From NCBI GenBank assembly GCA_002269645.1, contig NIVC01000157.1, forward strand, positions 434,001 through 498,000: 64,000 nt of DNA, written 5' to 3'. Made by a program: the position numbers and the translations under genes. Shown here one piece after another: positions 59,240-64,000 of the stretch. Below the pieces are notes generated by a model. The model saw only the letters and a program-made list of their open reading frames with translations. It had not been told where the DNA came from and ran no database searches. The stretch's first letter is position 1. Each line of letters opens with the position of its first letter. The stretch comes from Macrostomum lignano. Its lineage: Eukaryota.

Positions 59240-62200
59240 TACATTATATCCTTAATCATAGAAGTTTAAACATTTAAACAAGCCTGCAGAATTTTGCAAG
59301 GTACCTAGCTGGTTCAACATACTTTTTTATAGAAATGTGACATACCTGCATCTGGAGAGCTTTTTTTGCAACATAGCTTTGCTTGGCATGCAATTTAAAT
59401 ATATTAATTTATTTAGGCTCATTCCTTCTCGTTTCTACAGGAGTCACTCTTCTCTATCGGGCGCACAATTATGTTGACGGCTTTGCTCAGCCTCTCTACA
59501 TGTACTTTAGCCTCTGCCCTCTTGAGCTGCACTTACGAGTATTTATTTCTGCCTCCCAGTTTCTACTCGCAGAGGCAGAGCTTGGCCTAAGAGACTGTCG
59601 CTCTCCCAGATCCTCAGTTATTTAACCACCCCCACCCAAATCCTCAGTTCCTTGTCCAACCTCTCAGATCCTCAATTACTGGGTCACGTTACCATGCAGA
59701 TTCTGAAGCCCATTTCTTGATTTTCACCTCTTACAGTACATTGAGAGTAGGGATTACAAAATCATGATTTTTGCGATCCCGGGATCAGAAAAATACAGAT
59801 TTAAAGCTTCTGGGTTGAAATTTTAAGTCAAAATATGCGCTAAACGTTTTTGCTTGCATTTTTTATTGTTATAGAGTTAATGATCTTTTTGTAGATGAAA
59901 AACAGCATTATCTTATTTTTTAAGTAAGTAGTATAAAAGTACTAATTAGTAGTAAAGAAGCAAATCATAGATCAAAATCTACATTGGAATAAATTTCACA
60001 TTTAAATCTGTGACGAGGGGTTTAAAAAGGAGCCAAGCGACGTGAGGCAATTAACGGAAACTAGCGTATTGAGAGTCGAAACTCTGTCTCTAAAAATGTT
60101 CGTGAACTTTTAAAAGTGCTTTGTAAGATGTTTAGTTTCATTCAATTTCTAAGCTGGGTTTCTTGCTCCTTGAGTGCATTAAAAAAACGAAGGATTGATA
60201 ACTTCAGCCATAGACAAGTTTACTGAAATCAATTCCTTTACATGCCTGCAGCCAAAACTTGGTGGTGGGGGAAAGGATTGTCTATGGCACTGCAGTCTGG
60301 AGCTTAGGCTCCTTCGATCGATCGATAAAACTCACCCCTTCCCCCAAACCCAGTCAGATAATTTGTGACCTCTGCTGAGCTTCTATTTCCCCGCAGCTCT
60401 CTTCTTATTGGCTGAGACGCTTGAGGCAGTTGGATGAATTTCAGCCCAAGTGGCAGGGTGGTTGGTTTTTTTTGGGGTGGGGGGGAGGTGGTCGGCTCTA
60501 AAGCAGTAAATAAAACCAGCCACCGTTTCAAGAGTAGGGGCGCCAAAAATCTAAAAGCCCACAGTTTAAATTTTTTTTGAGATCTTGGACGATTTTTAGG
60601 TAAGTACCAACACTCAACACATTGTCTTTTATTTGACAATCTTTATACAGACAGAAATTTCTCGAAATTTCTATGTCGGCTTCAGCTTTAAGTTTTAACT
60701 GTTGAATAAGTGAGGACGCAGACTACTTGCATTTATATGTTGTCACTTGTCAGTGTTGACAAAGATTTTCATTAACCAAACCAAGCAGTGTAGTACTATA
60801 GTGTTAATTTATAATGATGCATATAATACAACATTTTGTCAGTTATTTTAATTAGTATATAAGATTAGATACTATTTTTAGATTAGTACGAGCTAGAAAA
60901 AGCTAAGATCAAAGTGATTCGACCCAAAAGGAGCCCGAGTCTATCGCCGCTATAATCTCTTAATGATAATGAAGCAGGCTAATCCCTTCTCTAGCTGCCT
61001 CTGTATGTCTTAGCACCAGAATCCATTATGCATTCAGTATAAGAATAGGAGTCTGGTCTAACTGACTAACTCTGCATTTTCACTCAAAAAGTATTTCACT
61101 TTTTATTTTTATTTTTAAGTTTTTATTGTTTTATTGGCCGAATAACCAATAGAGCTACATATTTTTAGCCGAAACACCAATAGAGCTAAATACGGTCTCT
61201 GCTTTGTAAAAGCAGAGACCCTAGGATATACCATGCTCGCCAATTTTAGCATCCATTTTACGCATCTATTGGCTTGTATTATGGGGGTTGGTTTTCGCGG
61301 ATCTGTATTGGCCGATGACAAGGTCACCTGTATACTGTCTAAGATCATCCCCCATTTATATTTAGCTCGTTGGTATCGAAATAGAAAGCATGAGGGGTAG
61401 CCCGCTAACTGATAAAAACGCGCGCGCGCGAGCAACAATCGAAGGCAGAATGTTAACTCTTCAATCTATGGTTAGCTAAGTTAGTTAGCTATATTCTCTT
61501 GCTTGCGAGTTTTGATCATTTCGCGCATTCGCCCAGTCTGTCCGCTTCGTTTGGTTGTTTCTGGAATCCTGGATTATGATAAACTGTGATTGAAATTGAA
61601 CTTGTGATTGAACTGGAATATAGTGCGCCGTGTTGATTTATAATTGATTGATTGACGCGTATTGGATTCATTCATCTGTTTATTGAAATATTTAAAATTG
61701 GCGCGTTCACATTTTCTTCATACTATGTCCATTTCAACTTTCAAATCCAACGCCTAATTAAATTCCTCAGTCTTTTTCTTTCCAGTCACAATGGATTCCC
61801 CTGTACTTTCAAACCACCCACCAAACCTCAACTCCGCGGTCGCTTACCACCTCCACCGCTGACCATTCTGCCCCCAAAAGCCCCAACCCCCCTACCCCCC
61901 ATCCTCTCGCCCGCCTGGCCCCCCGCCCAACACTGTACTTTGATTGATCGATCGAAACCCCTAAACTTCCACGCACGCGCTCTTTTAGCCCGTCTAACTA
62001 GCTAGCAAACCAATTTGATATCAAATGATGAACACACAACGGTCCGTTGTACGCACAAGACGACGATGTGCGGTCGGTTATTCGCTGTCTGTCTGTCTGT
62101 CTGTCCGTCCGTGTACAAACGCGGCGCTCTCTCTTCCAATTTCATACTAAATAGATGGGCTAAGGCTACCACAACGTTGTATTTTGCCAACCCTCTCTCT

Positions 62201-62329
62201 ATCTCTCTGTCTCCCAATAGATTAAACTAGCAATCTACGCCCCCCGTTGGGGAGCCAAAGAAATGCAATACACGTTTTTTTAATAAGCTACATGTATCCT
62301 TGAAATCTTAAAAAATCTCCTGTCAAACC

Positions 62330-63290
62330 TTGTAAGCCTGGACATGTCAGTAATTCCCCCCCCACAAGCTTTAACATATCAACTTCCCCCCTTGACATCT
62401 CAGCAATGCCCCCAATAAGCCTTGGAAATCTAAAAATATCTGTCAACCTTCTAACCCTAACCCTAGCCTAACCCTAACCCTAACCCTAACCCTAACCCTA
62501 ACCTAACCCTAAAACATTGAAATTTCAGTAACTCTGAGTCATTATAGCACTACTACAGCATTATAGCGATTCCCTGCAAGCCTCGACATCGTAGGGATTC
62601 CCAAATGAATCTCTTAACTTCGACATGAAGCTTTTATTTTTTACATTATCTTTTTCTATCAGCGAGCCCTGAGGAGCCAACAAATAATGTAATAAAAAGT
62701 TTTCAATAAACTACATGTAGCTTCTGACTTTAGCCTTGAAATCTCATTTATACCCCGTGAGCCTTGACATCTCAGCTATTCCCCCCGTAAGCCTTGACAT
62801 GTCAGCGATGGCCCCCATAAACCTTGAAATCTAAAAAATCCCCTGTTATTCTGTTAACCTTGAAACCCGATAAAATATAACCCTCAACCCACACCTGACC
62901 TAAACCTAACTTTAACCCAACCTAAAGCCTTGAAATCTCAGCAATTCTTCTCCCCTAAGCCTTGGAATTTAAGTGATTCCTTCTTTAAGAATCACAGCAC
63001 TATAACGATTTCCACCAAGCTTTGACATTGTAGCAATTCCCAAATGAATATTTTAACTTCGACATGACTTTTCTTTTATGTATACGTAGTGCTACTTTTA
63101 TTTTTTACATGACTCTTCTTCTATCAGCACCCCCCCCGTGGCGAGCCAACAAAGAATGCAATAAAAAAATTGAGTAAAGTACATGAACTTTGAAGTAGCT
63201 TCTGACTTTGCTTTGACATCTCAGAAACCCCCCCCCCCTGTAATCTCAGTTATTCTCTGTGAGCCTTGACGTCTCAGTAATTCTCCCCAG
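62330..63290. repeat. Complex repeat: diverged tandem duplication of a roughly 400-450-bp unit containing AAGCCTTGACATCTCAGC...TTCCCC subunits
   Basis: Blocks TTCCCAAATGAAT...TTAACTTCGACATGA, TTCTATCAGC, GAGCCAACAAA and GTAGCTTCTGACTTT each occur twice in the same order. Confidence 0.8.
62450..62512. repeat. Interstitial telomere-like (CCCTAA)n tract
   Basis: About 10 units, some imperfect, with non-telomeric sequence on both sides. Confidence 0.9.
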
Positions 63291-63344
63291 CACAGCACTG
63301 TACTATAGCTTCATTCAATTTTTACATGACACCTTTAATGTCTG

Positions 63345-64000
63345 ACATGACGCTTCTTTGGATTTTTACATGACGCTTCTATGATTGTTTACATGACGCT
63401 TCTATGATTGTTTACATGACGCTTCTATGATTGTTTACATGACGTTTCTATGATTGTTTACATGACGCTTCTATAATTTTTTACATGACGCTTCTATGAT
63501 TGTTTACATGACGCTTCTATGATTGTTTACATGACGCTTCTATGACTTTTTAAATGACGCTTCTATGACTTTTTACATGACGCTTCTACGATTTTTTACA
63601 TGACGCTTCTATGATTGTTTACATGACGCTTCTATGATTTTTATATGACGCTTCTACGATTCTTTACATGACGCTTCTATGATTTTTTACATGATGCTTC
63701 TATGATTTTTTAAATGACGCTTCTATGATTTTTATATGACGCTTCTACGATTTTTTACATGACGCTTCTATGATTTTTTACATGACGCTTCTATGATTTT
63801 TTACATGACGCTTCTACGATTCTTTACATGACGCTTCTATGATTTTTTACATGACGCTTCTATGATTTTTTACATGACGCTTCTACGATTCTTTACATGA
63901 CGCTTCTATGATTTTTTACATGATGCTTCTATGATTGTTTACATGACGCTTCTATGATTTTTTACATGACGCTTCTATGATTTTTATATGACGTTTCTAC
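63345..64000. repeat. Minisatellite, 22-bp unit TTTTTACATGACGCTTCTATGA, running off the window end
   Basis: Directly visible. Confidence 0.95.

Noticed and set aside
62450-62512. True chromosome end
   Set aside because: The tract is only about 60 bp and is flanked by at least 1.5 kb of non-telomeric sequence.

Overview
Eukaryotic (metazoan) genomic DNA, not prokaryotic. It has GT-AG introns, GC-rich Gln-rich exons and a very high load of tandem repeats. This style resembles a flatworm such as Macrostomum, which is my inference and not demonstrated. I could reconstruct six protein-coding genes by hand. (1) An axonemal inner-arm dynein heavy chain, DNAH7-like, on the minus strand: ATG at 6889, 8 exons in the window, running off the left edge, with a 1-nt frameshift near 1782. 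(2) A KIAA0513-like (SBF2-type domain) gene on the plus strand, 11542-20398, 7 coding exons, about 1062 aa, with a very large N-terminal GSQxGQM heptad-repeat low-complexity domain. (3) A SoxB-group HMG transcription factor on the minus strand with two exons (26961-27266 and 22904-23707). (4) An intronless class A GPCR on the minus strand, 39678-41357. (5) A three-exon SAM-methyltransferase-fold protein on the minus strand, 49875-52524. (6) An intronless secreted protein with an Ig/cadherin-like sandwich plus a beta-trefoil, minus strand, 54172-55191. Non-coding DNA holds about 30 different mini- and microsatellite arrays. Many share a GGCG(CC) core and most long introns contain one. There is also a 260-bp PIF/Harbinger-type MITE, two decayed LINE fragments, a 79-bp hairpin and an interstitial (CCCTAA)n tract. 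No rRNA, intact tRNA or CRISPR array was found. Array boundaries and copy numbers are read by eye and approximate.
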